Source: an uncultured virus (IMG/VR IMGVR_UViG_3300025626_000018) (lineage: Duplodnaviria; Heunggongvirae; Uroviricota; Caudoviricetes). Taken from it: 20,000 nt of DNA. The notes under the pieces were generated by a model that saw nothing but the letters and a program-made list of their open reading frames with translations, was not told the origin of the DNA and did not search any database. A program made the position numbers and the translations under genes. The stretch spans positions 52,944 to 72,943 of IMG/VR virus record IMGVR_UViG_3300025626_000018; one strand, given 5' to 3'. Positions 7,616-15,513 of the stretch are shown here, piece by piece (the stretch's first letter is position 1; the number at the start of each line of letters is the position of its first letter).

Positions 7616-8359
7616 ATGTTAACAGAAAATTTTTTATCGGATTTAGATAAAGATGGTATTGCTATTGTTGACAATGCATTTAATACCGAAGATTTAATTG
7701 CATTTAATAAAGTTGCAAGTAAACTCCCGCCTTTTGTGGGTCATGGTAATGGACGGTGGTTAAATAATCCAGATGTATTATCAGAAGCTAAAATTAAAAA
7801 TATTGATTGGGCTTGTCATTGGGCACAAACTCCAAAAAATAATTTATTTATTAATACAATCATGCTTCCGTTATTAAAAAGTATTTGTGATGTTTTATTT
7901 GGGAATAAAGATTGGGGCTGGCAATTAACTAACCGTTATATTATGTCTAATTACAAGCATGATTATCCTATTCAGCCCCACTTAGATGCGCCATATTTGT
8001 GGCCACAAAAACTTGAATGCGAAATGTCTAAATATTTAGATAAAGGTCCTTTAAGTGTTACCTTTATGATTCCTTTAGTTGACTTTACAATAGAAAACGG
8101 TGCTACTGCATATGTACCTGGAACGCATAGATATAGATACAATACTACTAATTGGAATGAAGAAAAACCTTTTTATAAAGCTTTCTTTGAAAATAATTAT
8201 GTTCAACCACCGGTTTCTTTGGGCGGGTTCGGTTGTTTTTATGGTAATGTGCTGCATAGTATTATGCCAAATAAAACCAATCAAATTCGCCGCGGGATAA
8301 TTTTTCGTGGTATAAGACAAGATGCATTAAATGAAATGCAAAAGTTAAACTTAGGATAA
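7616..8359 (+). CDS. Phytanoyl-CoA dioxygenase (PhyH)-family Fe(II)/2OG oxygenase
   Basis: HLD (HxD), IPLVDFTIENGATAYVPGTH, distal LH...N...IRR. Confidence 0.85.
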   Translation: MLTENFLSDLDKDGIAIVDNAFNTEDLIAFNKVASKLPPFVGHGNGRWLNNPDVLSEAKIKNIDWACHWAQTPKNNLFINTIMLPLLKSICDVLFGNKDWGWQLTNRYIMSNYKHDYPIQPHLDAPYLWPQKLECEMSKYLDKGPLSVTFMIPLVDFTIENGATAYVPGTHRYRYNTTNWNEEKPFYKAFFENNYVQPPVSLGGFGCFYGNVLHSIMPNKTNQIRRGIIFRGIRQDALNEMQKLNLG

Positions 8360-8391
8360 ACTTAGTTATATTTTGAAACATAGAGGCGATA

Positions 8392-8622
8392 ATGAAACCC
8401 AATAAAACCTTCGAATTAACTGTAGATGATATTGAGATGATCGAATCTGCATTAAATGGTCGAGTGCATCGAAGATCTATGAGTATAACTATGGATCCTA
8501 CAAATATTTATGCGAAAGAGATGCAAAAAGAAATTACATTAATTCGTGATTTATTAGGACGTATTCATAATCAAAAAACATTTTATAGACCAAAAAACCG
8601 ATTTGGAAGCGGTAAACGATAA
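8392..8622 (+). CDS. Hypothetical protein
   Basis: GAGG RBS; 76-aa ORF. Confidence 0.7.
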   Translation: MKPNKTFELTVDDIEMIESALNGRVHRRSMSITMDPTNIYAKEMQKEITLIRDLLGRIHNQKTFYRPKNRFGSGKR

Positions 8623-8666
8623 TATTATCACATAAAAATTTTTATTCAAATAGTTTAAATTAACTG

Positions 8667-8695
8667 TTTACAATCTGTTTGTAATATGCTATTAT
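8667..8695 (+). promoter_or_regulatory. sigma70-like early promoter
   Basis: TTTACA-17 nt-TATTAT with extended -10 TG. Confidence 0.75.
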
Positions 8696-8723
8696 AGTAT
8701 TATTAGATATATTGGAGAATAAA

Positions 8724-9701
8724 ATGGCACATGAGGTAGAAATTGTAAACGGTGTAGCACAGATGGCTTATGCGGGCGAATTGCCATGGCATGGTTTAGG
8801 TGTTCCGGTATCAAACGATCTTACACCTATGCAAATGATGCAAAAGGCTGGTCTTGATTGGGAAGTTGAAAAGGTAGATGCTTTTGTCCGTTGGAAGGGC
8901 GATAATGTTGCCACTGGTCAACAAGCTCTTATTCGCTCAACTGATGGAAAAGTTCTTACTAATGTTGGCGAAAATTGGAATCCAGTCCAAAATGAAGAAG
9001 CCTTTAATTTCTTTGCTGAATATGTTGCGGCCGGTGATATGGAAATGCACACTGCCGGTTCGCTAAAGGGCGGTCAACAAGTGTGGGCTCTTGCAAAAAT
9101 TAAAGAGTCGTTTGATGTATTTGGTAAAGAAGATACTGTTGAATCATATTTGTTGTTTTCAAATCCTCATCAATATGGTAAATCAATTGATATTCGATTT
9201 ACTCCTATTCGTGTTGTTTGTAATAATACTCTTACATTTAGCTTGAACAGCCACGCTGAGCGTTCTGTTAAAGTTGGCCATCGCACAGTGTTTAATGCTG
9301 ATGATGTGAAAACAACATTGGGGCTTGCTTCTGAAAAATTTACTCAGTATAAAGATATGGCTCAGTTTTTAGGCGGCCGTCGTTTTACTGCTGATTCACT
9401 TATTCAGTACTATAGCCAAGTATTTCCATCTACTTCGCGCAAAGATATTGAAACAACGGTGACAAAAAAAGAAGATTTAAGCCGCAATGCGCAAACCGCA
9501 TATGATATGCTTGAAATTCAACCTGGCGCAGAATTTGGTGCTGGAACATGGTGGCAGGCATTTAATTCAGTAACATATGTCACTGACCATCTTCAAGGAC
9601 GAGGAGCTGAAAATCGGTTACACAATCAATGGTTCGGTAATAATCGGTTGCGCAAAATAAAGGCTGCAAATTTGGCCGTTCAAATGGCAACAGCAGCATA
9701 A
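8724..9701 (+). CDS. DUF932 (TIGR03299-like phage/plasmid) protein
   Basis: PWHGLG, AGLDWEV, TAGSLKGG, TPIRVVCNNTL and GTWWQAFNSVT motifs; GGAGA RBS before ATG 8724. Confidence 0.9.
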   Translation: MAHEVEIVNGVAQMAYAGELPWHGLGVPVSNDLTPMQMMQKAGLDWEVEKVDAFVRWKGDNVATGQQALIRSTDGKVLTNVGENWNPVQNEEAFNFFAEYVAAGDMEMHTAGSLKGGQQVWALAKIKESFDVFGKEDTVESYLLFSNPHQYGKSIDIRFTPIRVVCNNTLTFSLNSHAERSVKVGHRTVFNADDVKTTLGLASEKFTQYKDMAQFLGGRRFTADSLIQYYSQVFPSTSRKDIETTVTKKEDLSRNAQTAYDMLEIQPGAEFGAGTWWQAFNSVTYVTDHLQGRGAENRLHNQWFGNNRLRKIKAANLAVQMATAA

Positions 9702-9719
9702 CAAATATATCACATTAAA
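9696..9719 (+). repeat. 24-bp direct repeat, copy 1 (copy 2 at 10061-10084)
   Basis: GCATAACAAATATATCACATTAAA is identical at both sites and includes the stop codon of the upstream gene each time. Confidence 0.9.
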
Positions 9720-9720
9720 G

Positions 9721-9749
9721 AAAAAGATGTCCTTTGGGGCATCTTTTTT
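9721..9749 (+). terminator. Stem-loop/terminator directly upstream of an early promoter
   Basis: AAAAAGATGTCC-TTTG-GGGCATCTTTTT hairpin. Confidence 0.75.
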
Positions 9750-9750
9750 A

Positions 9751-9779
9751 TTTACATTCTCTTTATTATATGGTATAAC
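9751..9779 (+). promoter_or_regulatory. sigma70-like early promoter
   Basis: TTTACA-17 nt-TATAAC with extended TG, followed by TAATATA as in the other copies. Confidence 0.8.
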
Positions 9780-9808
9780 TAATATAGAATGAAACAAAGG
9801 AGCCTATC

Positions 9809-10066
9809 ATGACTATTCAAAAACTTATCGATCAAACATTCAGCTATAGCTTAGAAGCACAAGATGCAGGCCTTGCTGATCTATATCTGGCCGATACGGC
9901 TGATTTTAAGCAGGTGCAGTGGCTGATGAATTCGAATGACATTGACGGCGCTTTAGCAAAAATCGGTAATATGGATACAGAACCACGTGAGCAGATCCTA
10001 TTGGCGATTGCTGAAGAGTATGGTAATGGATATTTAGAAACTGTAATAGGCTATGAGGTGGCATAA
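9809..10066 (+). CDS. Small acidic early protein (DTEPRE motif)
   Basis: AAGGAG RBS; own promoter; similar to the polyprotein module at 19440-19694. Confidence 0.8.
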   Translation: MTIQKLIDQTFSYSLEAQDAGLADLYLADTADFKQVQWLMNSNDIDGALAKIGNMDTEPREQILLAIAEEYGNGYLETVIGYEVA

Positions 10067-10081
10067 CAAATATATCACATT

Positions 10082-10152
10082 AAATAAAAAAATGCACTTT
10101 AGGGGTTTACAATCAGATCTCTACATGGTATAACTAATATATCAAAAGGAGA
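10082..10152 (+). repeat. About 70-bp early promoter + RBS cassette, copy A
   Basis: AAATAAAAAAATGCACTTTAGGGGTTTACAATCAGATCTCTACATGGTATAACTAATATATCAAAAGGAGA; -35 at 10106-10111, -10 at 10129-10134; near-identical to 10511-10583. Confidence 0.9.
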
Positions 10153-10155
10153 TAT

Positions 10156-10341
10156 ATGATGTGGAAAAGATTTTATAAACTCACAGTTACTAACAAAGCT
10201 GGGAAAATTGTTCATACAGGAGAAGAATACTCTGGTTATGCAACTTCTGAAGAGCTTCGGTATCTTGACCGGGAATATCCTGACTGCAAGGTAGAAGCAG
10301 AGTTTATTGAATACGAATTAGAAATGGATGATGGAGCTTAA
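10156..10341 (+). CDS. Small early hypothetical protein
   Basis: Directly downstream of cassette A RBS. Confidence 0.75.
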   Translation: MMWKRFYKLTVTNKAGKIVHTGEEYSGYATSEELRYLDREYPDCKVEAEFIEYELEMDDGA

Positions 10342-10342
10342 T

Positions 10343-10507
10343 ATGACATTAGTTGCTAGTATAATTGGCGCTGTACTTTTCGGTGGAGTTAGTAGTATGT
10401 TTGTTAAGTCCCCTAAATCTCCAGAAGGGGAACTTACTACTCTTGCCTGGGCCCTCGTTGGCGTTATTGCAATGGTAGTACTTTTTAGCCAATTTGGTTT
10501 GGTATAA
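10343..10507 (+). CDS. Small two-TM membrane protein (not in ORF track; start could be 10328 or 10331)
   Basis: MTLVASIIGAVLFGGVSSMFVKSPKSPEGELTTLAWALVGVIAMVVLFSQFGLV*; GGAG upstream. Confidence 0.65.
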   Translation: MTLVASIIGAVLFGGVSSMFVKSPKSPEGELTTLAWALVGVIAMVVLFSQFGLV

Positions 10508-10510
10508 AAA

Positions 10511-10583
10511 AAATAAAAAAAATGCATTTTAGGGGTTTACAATCAGATCTCTATATGATATAACTAATATATCAAAAAGGAGA
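10511..10583 (+). repeat. About 70-bp early promoter + RBS cassette, copy B
   Basis: -35 TTTACA at 10536-10541, -10 TATAAC at 10559-10564; only a few differences from copy A. Confidence 0.9.
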
Positions 10584-10589
10584 AACACT

Positions 10590-10796
10590 ATGCTTACTAC
10601 TTATGGCGCAATGATTAAGAATGACATTATCGAAGCTTTCAATGCTGCGGTGGTTAATCCAGAAAATATCCACGAAGGTGGCGGTATCAATTGGAACTTT
10701 GTTGAGTCTGATATCTTTATTCCACTTGGAGTCTTCTATGATACTGAGTATCTGAATGATTGCATTAGTGTGCTTGTTGATAACCACTTCGCATAA
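10590..10796 (+). CDS. Small acidic early protein (GINWNFV motif)
   Basis: Downstream of cassette B RBS; similar to the first polyprotein module at about 17586-17800. Confidence 0.8.
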   Translation: MLTTYGAMIKNDIIEAFNAAVVNPENIHEGGGINWNFVESDIFIPLGVFYDTEYLNDCISVLVDNHFA

Positions 10797-10812
10797 GGAA
10801 ACTAAAACAAAG

Positions 10813-10934
10813 GACTCTTTTCTGATTATATAGTACGAGCGAAGAACCGTAAAGGTAGGTATGCCCATGGAGCAGAACCCGTAAAATCCTGGTAAGGGAC
10901 TAAGTTAAGACCACTATATAATCAGCAAAGAGTC
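10813..10934 (+). ncRNA. Candidate structured ncRNA 1
   Basis: 10813-10834 pairs with 10913-10934 (21 of 22 bp), enclosing a relatively GC-rich core with small hairpins; no credible ORF. Confidence 0.6.
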
Positions 10935-10945
10935 TAAGACAAGGA

Positions 10946-11101
10946 AAACTATTTCATACATACGTCTGTGTAGAGGCGTTGATCAGCTAAAAGCACTATC
11001 TCGAAAGGGATGTTAGTTTCGATCGAACCAGAGCGGCAATGTCAATAAGGCCGTGCGGGGAGATTGGAGATACTAGCTCGGGCGTATGTATAAAATAGTT
11101 T
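10946..11101 (+). ncRNA. Candidate structured ncRNA 2
   Basis: 10946-10968 pairs with 11079-11101 (23 bp, one C-A mismatch, two G-U); internal ATCTC-GAAA-GGGAT and GCGGC/GCCGT hairpins. Confidence 0.65.
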
Positions 11102-11130
11102 CAAACGAAGATAAAAAAGTAAAAAAAGTG

Positions 11131-11159
11131 TGTACATTTTCTTTCTTTTATGTTATAAA
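11131..11159 (+). promoter_or_regulatory. sigma70-like early promoter
   Basis: TGTACA-17 nt-TATAAA with extended TG and A-tracts upstream. Confidence 0.6.
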
Positions 11160-11197
11160 TGTATATACAATGAAATGAAGCAAAGGGAAGAATCATT

Positions 11198-11368
11198 ATG
11201 AATTATTATACAAAACAAATCATGTCTATCCTTGATTGTAATCAAGCTTTTGCGCGGCTCATTCAAGATGAAATGGAGTATTCCGGTTTTGATTTTTCTG
11301 AAGCTACCGAAACTGAATTTCAACAAGAAGTTCAATATGCAGTAGATGTAGTAAGTGGTGTAGCATAA
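11198..11368 (+). CDS. Small acidic early protein (56 aa, not in ORF track)
   Basis: MNYYTKQIMSILDCNQAFARLIQDEMEYSGFDFSEATETEFQQEVQYAVDVVSGVA*; purine-rich RBS and promoter upstream. Confidence 0.7.
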   Translation: MNYYTKQIMSILDCNQAFARLIQDEMEYSGFDFSEATETEFQQEVQYAVDVVSGVA

Positions 11369-11370
11369 GA

Positions 11371-11559
11371 ATGACAATTTTTTCAACAGGTTCAATTAAT
11401 ACTGTAAATCATTGGATGGTCGGTACTAAATGGCAATATGCCAAAGGTATTGTTACTATGCATGATAATGGCTTTTCGTGTTCATGTAAAAAGAACCCTC
11501 GCAAACAGTGCACCCATATTCAGAATGTTAAACTAAGAATATTGGGTGTATTTCAATAA
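11371..11559 (+). CDS. SWIM-like zinc-finger protein
   Basis: FSCSC-x7-CTH (CxC..CxH) motif. Confidence 0.7.
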   Translation: MTIFSTGSINTVNHWMVGTKWQYAKGIVTMHDNGFSCSCKKNPRKQCTHIQNVKLRILGVFQ

Positions 11560-11625
11560 ATGCCACTAAAATAACGCATTTTATAAGTTTTTTTAAAAAT
11601 TAATTAATTAATTGTGTTTAGGGGG

Positions 11626-11654
11626 TTTACATTCGTTTTAAACTATGCTATAAA
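11626..11654 (+). promoter_or_regulatory. sigma70-like early promoter
   Basis: GGGGG-TTTACA-17 nt-TATAAA with extended TG; same TTTAGGGG(G)TTTACA context as cassettes A and B. Confidence 0.75.
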
Positions 11655-11688
11655 GAGGTATAAAATGAAAGCAAATAAGGATAGCGCA

Positions 11689-11841
11689 ATGTGGTATGTA
11701 GAAGCAATAATGAATTGGCAAACTCAGGAAACTGAGCGTTGGGAATATATTAGTGAAGAATGTGCAAAAGAGCTTCACTTAAAATACTATGACATGTTTG
11801 TACCATCAGTTAAAAGCGGAGTAATGAAATCATGCAAGTAG
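11689..11841 (+). CDS. Small hypothetical protein (alternative start 11665)
   Basis: AAGGA RBS before ATG 11689; downstream of the promoter. Confidence 0.6.
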   Translation: MWYVEAIMNWQTQETERWEYISEECAKELHLKYYDMFVPSVKSGVMKSCK

Positions 11842-12158
11842 TAAATAAAAGATATTCGGATTCTTATATTGGAACTTTTGAAAAAACCGCCGAAGATTCA
11901 AAAAGAATTGCAGATATTCGTAACATGGTAATTACTATGAATAAAGATTTAGCTCGTCATGGTGCTACACAGCGTTTTTATGTAAAATTGCAAGGCCGCA
12001 CAAAAAATCGCTATGAAAAAGTTAAAGACTATTATGCAAATAAACATCCATATATTAGCGAATCTGATCTTGTACGATTTGTAAAATCTCGAGTGCGTTG
12101 CTCAATACCGCTTGAGTTTGCAGAAAGACTTGATCTTTATATTTATGAAAAAACCTAA
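11832..12158 (+). CDS. Hypothetical protein
   Basis: 108-aa ORF with GGAG upstream, ending just before the terminator. Confidence 0.7.
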   Translation: MQVVNKRYSDSYIGTFEKTAEDSKRIADIRNMVITMNKDLARHGATQRFYVKLQGRTKNRYEKVKDYYANKHPYISESDLVRFVKSRVRCSIPLEFAERLDLYIYEKT

Positions 12159-12163
12159 AAATA

Positions 12164-12196
12164 AAAGCCCCCAACACATTAAGTATTGGGGGCTTT
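12164..12196 (+). terminator. Terminator hairpin closing the early region
   Basis: AAAGCCCCCAA...TTGGGGGCTTT inverted repeat. Confidence 0.8.
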
Positions 12197-12210
12197 ATAA
12201 TATTTTTTTA

Positions 12211-12218
12211 TATAAATA
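12211..12218 (+). promoter_or_regulatory. T4-type late promoter
   Basis: Perfect TATAAATA after the terminator, upstream of ORF 12250. Confidence 0.8.
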
Positions 12219-12249
12219 ATACTAATAAGTTTATTAGTGGAAAAAAATA

Positions 12250-13002
12250 ATGGATACTAGTCAATTAAATTCCGAGTTTCTTAATAGAGCTATGGTACGG
12301 ACCTCATTTAATTTAATTGCAAAAGATTTTGAATCTTTGACTTATAAAAAAGAAATTCAACATCTTTTTCATTTACATTTTTTTCCAAAATTTAATAATA
12401 GCAATGATGTTCATATAGATCGAATTACTGCGTCAGCTCTTAAAAAAGCAATTAAAACTGCACGGAATATAGATATCCGTAACTTCGAAGCATTATATAA
12501 GTATAATATTAAAGGGGTAGGACCCGGTGAAGTTATGCTATATTTTATTTTGAATAATGGACATTTGGGTGGAGGCTCTTCGGCCGGAGTTGATATTGTG
12601 GATGCAGCAGGAAGCTTTGAAGTTAAAGCTGTTGATTATTCGGCTAATGGTAAATATGTTAATAATTTTAAAATTGGGGGAACATTTTCTATTGCTGAAA
12701 TTATTCGCGGGATTCAAGATTTAAAAAAAGATGCTGGATTAGGAAGTGGATCCGAAGTTAATAGCGGACAACTTGATATAATAAGAAAACAATTTCCGGC
12801 GCAGCTTAAAGACCTTGAAGATGAATTTGTAGATCTAAGTTATAAAAATTATTTTAAAAATCATAAAATTATTTTTTTAGCTAATAAAACTGGCGCCGGA
12901 TTTTCTCTTGGGGACCTTATTGAAATTAAACTGGTTCAAAAGAAAGATATTATCTTAGAAAGAATAACTTCTGGCACAATTAAACCTAGGGTAAAAATGT
13001 AA
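12250..13002 (+). CDS. Hypothetical protein, possible PD-(D/E)xK nuclease fold
   Basis: GVGPGEV...GVDIV....FEVKA pattern (E..D..ExK). Confidence 0.5.
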   Translation: MDTSQLNSEFLNRAMVRTSFNLIAKDFESLTYKKEIQHLFHLHFFPKFNNSNDVHIDRITASALKKAIKTARNIDIRNFEALYKYNIKGVGPGEVMLYFILNNGHLGGGSSAGVDIVDAAGSFEVKAVDYSANGKYVNNFKIGGTFSIAEIIRGIQDLKKDAGLGSGSEVNSGQLDIIRKQFPAQLKDLEDEFVDLSYKNYFKNHKIIFLANKTGAGFSLGDLIEIKLVQKKDIILERITSGTIKPRVKM

Positions 13003-13016
13003 AGAGGGAATTATAA

Positions 13017-13805
13017 ATGGCACAGTATAGCGTTAGTAGACAAAATCCACTTCATGCTGGAAATAATGATATTCATGAAGTGATTATGATGGCTGATAAA
13101 AATGGTAATATACTTAACGGCAATGGAAATGTTGGTAATATTCCACTTGCAGCCGGTTTAATTGCTAATTATAATCATATTAATAAATTTGGTGCTACTC
13201 CGGGCGATATAACAGCAGGCAGTATTTGGGACGGTAATACTGGAAGCAGTACTTATGTATTTCCGACTGTTCCATCTGTAATTTCTGTTGTTTCAACACA
13301 AAATTCTGGTGCGAGTGTTTTTATTCAAGGATTAGATGAAAATTATAATGATCAAAGTGAAACTATTCCTATTGGTTCAACTGGGGTAAAAACTTTTCTT
13401 AGAGTTTATAGAGCATATATGGTTGATATTAATAATGATGCTAACGTTATTATTAGTATTGGAGCCACAACCGCCGCGCAGATTACTGCAAATGAAGCTC
13501 AAACCTTAATGGCTATTTATACAGTACCCGCTGGTAAAACTGCTTATATGCTTTCATTAAGATTTGGTTCATCAAAGGCTAGTACTAATTCGGCTATGAA
13601 ATACACACTAAGACAAAGAACTTTTCAAGATGGCGGAATTTTCCGAAATAAAGGAACATATTTCGCAGCCGGCGGGCAAAACACATTTATTGAATACCCA
13701 ATACCATTAGTATTTGCAGAAAAAAGTGATATTCGTGTAGATGCTGTTGCTGCTCAACAAACAGAAGTAAATGCTTCTTTTGATCTTATACTAATAAACA
13801 ATTAA
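13017..13805 (+). CDS. Beta-rich late protein, possibly virion structural
   Basis: HINKFG, IQGLDENY and YTVPAGKTAY motifs recalled from phage hypotheticals; lies in the late operon. Confidence 0.55.
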   Translation: MAQYSVSRQNPLHAGNNDIHEVIMMADKNGNILNGNGNVGNIPLAAGLIANYNHINKFGATPGDITAGSIWDGNTGSSTYVFPTVPSVISVVSTQNSGASVFIQGLDENYNDQSETIPIGSTGVKTFLRVYRAYMVDINNDANVIISIGATTAAQITANEAQTLMAIYTVPAGKTAYMLSLRFGSSKASTNSAMKYTLRQRTFQDGGIFRNKGTYFAAGGQNTFIEYPIPLVFAEKSDIRVDAVAAQQTEVNASFDLILINN

Positions 13806-13837
13806 ACATACATTATAATACGGATAATATTTAAAAT

Positions 13838-15067
13838 ATGGAAAACTTTAAATCTTTCATTGCTGAAAACAAAAATACTCACATGACACACCTTGAAGAT
13901 AAGGTGATTTATGGTGGTGTTAATGGTACTCGTCAAGCTATTATGGCTTTGCGCGAATTGCGTAATATGTTAAAGGGCGAACATGACGGGAAAATATCTG
14001 TTAAATGGGATGGAGCACCAGCAGTATTTGCTGGCATTGATCCAGCTGATGGCAAATTTTTTGTTGCTAAAAAGGGTATTTTTAATAAAAATCCAAAAGT
14101 ATATAAAACTCCAGGTGAGGTAGATGCAGATACTTCAGGCGATTTAGCTATAAAGCTTAAGCAAGCCTTACAATATTTACCCGAATTGGGAATTACTGAA
14201 GTTATTCAGGGCGATTTTTTATACGGCCCAGGCGATCTTAGTAATGAAACTATTGCTGGTGAAAAATATATCACCTTCCATCCAAATACTATTGTTTATG
14301 CTGTACCAGCTAATACAGTATCATCAAAAGAAATTTTAGCATCTAAAATTGGTATTGTTTGGCATACTACATATAAAGGTAATACATTTGAAACTATGAA
14401 AGCTTCATATGGTGTTAATGTTTCTCGTCTTAAAAAATCAAAAAATGTTTGGTCGCAAGATGCTATGCTTCGTGATATGACAAATCTTACTATGAATAAG
14501 TCTGATTCCGATATAGTAAATGACTATTTAACTCAAGCTGGAAAATTATTTAATAAAATTTCGGGGGGCGTTTTACGCACCTTAGAAGCTAATACTGATT
14601 TAACACAATTAATAGAGCAACATTCAAATTCTTATGTACGGGCAGGCCAAATGCCCCCGGATCCAGCCAAAAGAGTAACGGCACTTATTAAATTTATTGA
14701 AGCAAAATTCCAAAAAGAAATGGATAAGCTTAAAACTGAAAAAGGTAAGGGGCGCAAACAAGATAAACTGAATGATATTTTATCATTTTTTTCGGCTAAT
14801 AATAAAAATAATTTGATAACTATGTTCGAATTGCAGAAAGTTATTGTCTTAGCGAAATTAAAACTTATAAATATACTTGATAGGATAAATAAAGTAAAGA
14901 CTTTTGTAAAAACTAAAAATGGTTTTAAAACAACGGGTCAAGAAGGTTATGTAGCAATTGATAGACTGGGTAGTGACGCTGTAAAGATTGTTGATAGATT
15001 AGAATTTTCATACAACAACTTTTCGCCAGATATTATTAAAGGATGGGATAAGCCAGGGAGAAGTTAA
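13838..15067 (+). CDS. DUF6267-like protein; ATP-dependent ligase-type nucleotidyltransferase motifs; capsid-targeting-like N-terminus
   Basis: HMTHLED, KWDGAP (KxDG), QGDFLY, EGYV and AVKIVDR motifs; N-terminus MENFKSFIAE. Confidence 0.75.
   Translation: MENFKSFIAENKNTHMTHLEDKVIYGGVNGTRQAIMALRELRNMLKGEHDGKISVKWDGAPAVFAGIDPADGKFFVAKKGIFNKNPKVYKTPGEVDADTSGDLAIKLKQALQYLPELGITEVIQGDFLYGPGDLSNETIAGEKYITFHPNTIVYAVPANTVSSKEILASKIGIVWHTTYKGNTFETMKASYGVNVSRLKKSKNVWSQDAMLRDMTNLTMNKSDSDIVNDYLTQAGKLFNKISGGVLRTLEANTDLTQLIEQHSNSYVRAGQMPPDPAKRVTALIKFIEAKFQKEMDKLKTEKGKGRKQDKLNDILSFFSANNKNNLITMFELQKVIVLAKLKLINILDRINKVKTFVKTKNGFKTTGQEGYVAIDRLGSDAVKIVDRLEFSYNNFSPDIIKGWDKPGRS
14866..14873 (+). promoter_or_regulatory. 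Possible internal T4 late promoter
   Basis: TATAAATA inside the upstream CDS, about 190 nt before ORF 15067. Confidence 0.4.
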
Positions 15068-15513
15068 TGATTAGATTTAAAGATCTAAGAGTTGTAGATA
15101 TGCGTGATGGAGAACCAGACGAAGTTCAACATCAAGCACATAGAGCAAAAAGAACTAGCGTTGATGAAGGCCCAGACGAGGCGCTGAATATTCAACAGCG
15201 ATTAGCTCGCGGCCGTAGTATGAAACGTAATAAAGCTAAATTAAAAATGGGGCGCAACCGCGCCGCACGTCGTACTGCCAATAAAGATGTGTTAAAAAAA
15301 CGTGCACGTAAAGCAGCCCGTAATATTATTCTTAAAAAACTTACAAAAGATATTCCGAAAAGTGATATGTCAGTTGCTCGTAAAATGGAATTAGAAAAAC
15401 GGCTTGAGAAAATGGGCTCAAGAATAGATCGCATTGCTGTAAAATTGCTTCCAAAAATGCGTCAAGCTGAAAAAGATAGAAAACAGCATAAGGCACAATC
15501 TAAAAATGGTTAA
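15067..15513 (+). CDS. Highly basic Arg/Lys-rich protein, putative internal head protein
   Basis: Acidic leader ending SVDEGPDEA, then a very basic helical region. Confidence 0.7.
   Translation: MIRFKDLRVVDMRDGEPDEVQHQAHRAKRTSVDEGPDEALNIQQRLARGRSMKRNKAKLKMGRNRAARRTANKDVLKKRARKAARNIILKKLTKDIPKSDMSVARKMELEKRLEKMGSRIDRIAVKLLPKMRQAEKDRKQHKAQSKNG

Noticed and set aside
7611..7618. TATAAATG near-matches to the late promoter at 6971, 7611 and 13012
   Set aside because: They overlap start codons and are imperfect; more simply AT-rich spacers before ATG.
9696..10583. Direct repeats as a possible CRISPR array
   Set aside because: Only two copies of each, separated by hundreds of bases containing ORFs; they are promoter/RBS cassettes and no cas genes are present.
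10800..11110. Possible tRNAs, self-splicing intron or MITE
   Set aside because: No cloverleaf with T-loop and CCA, no interrupted gene or recognisable intron core, and no target-site duplication or transposase seen.
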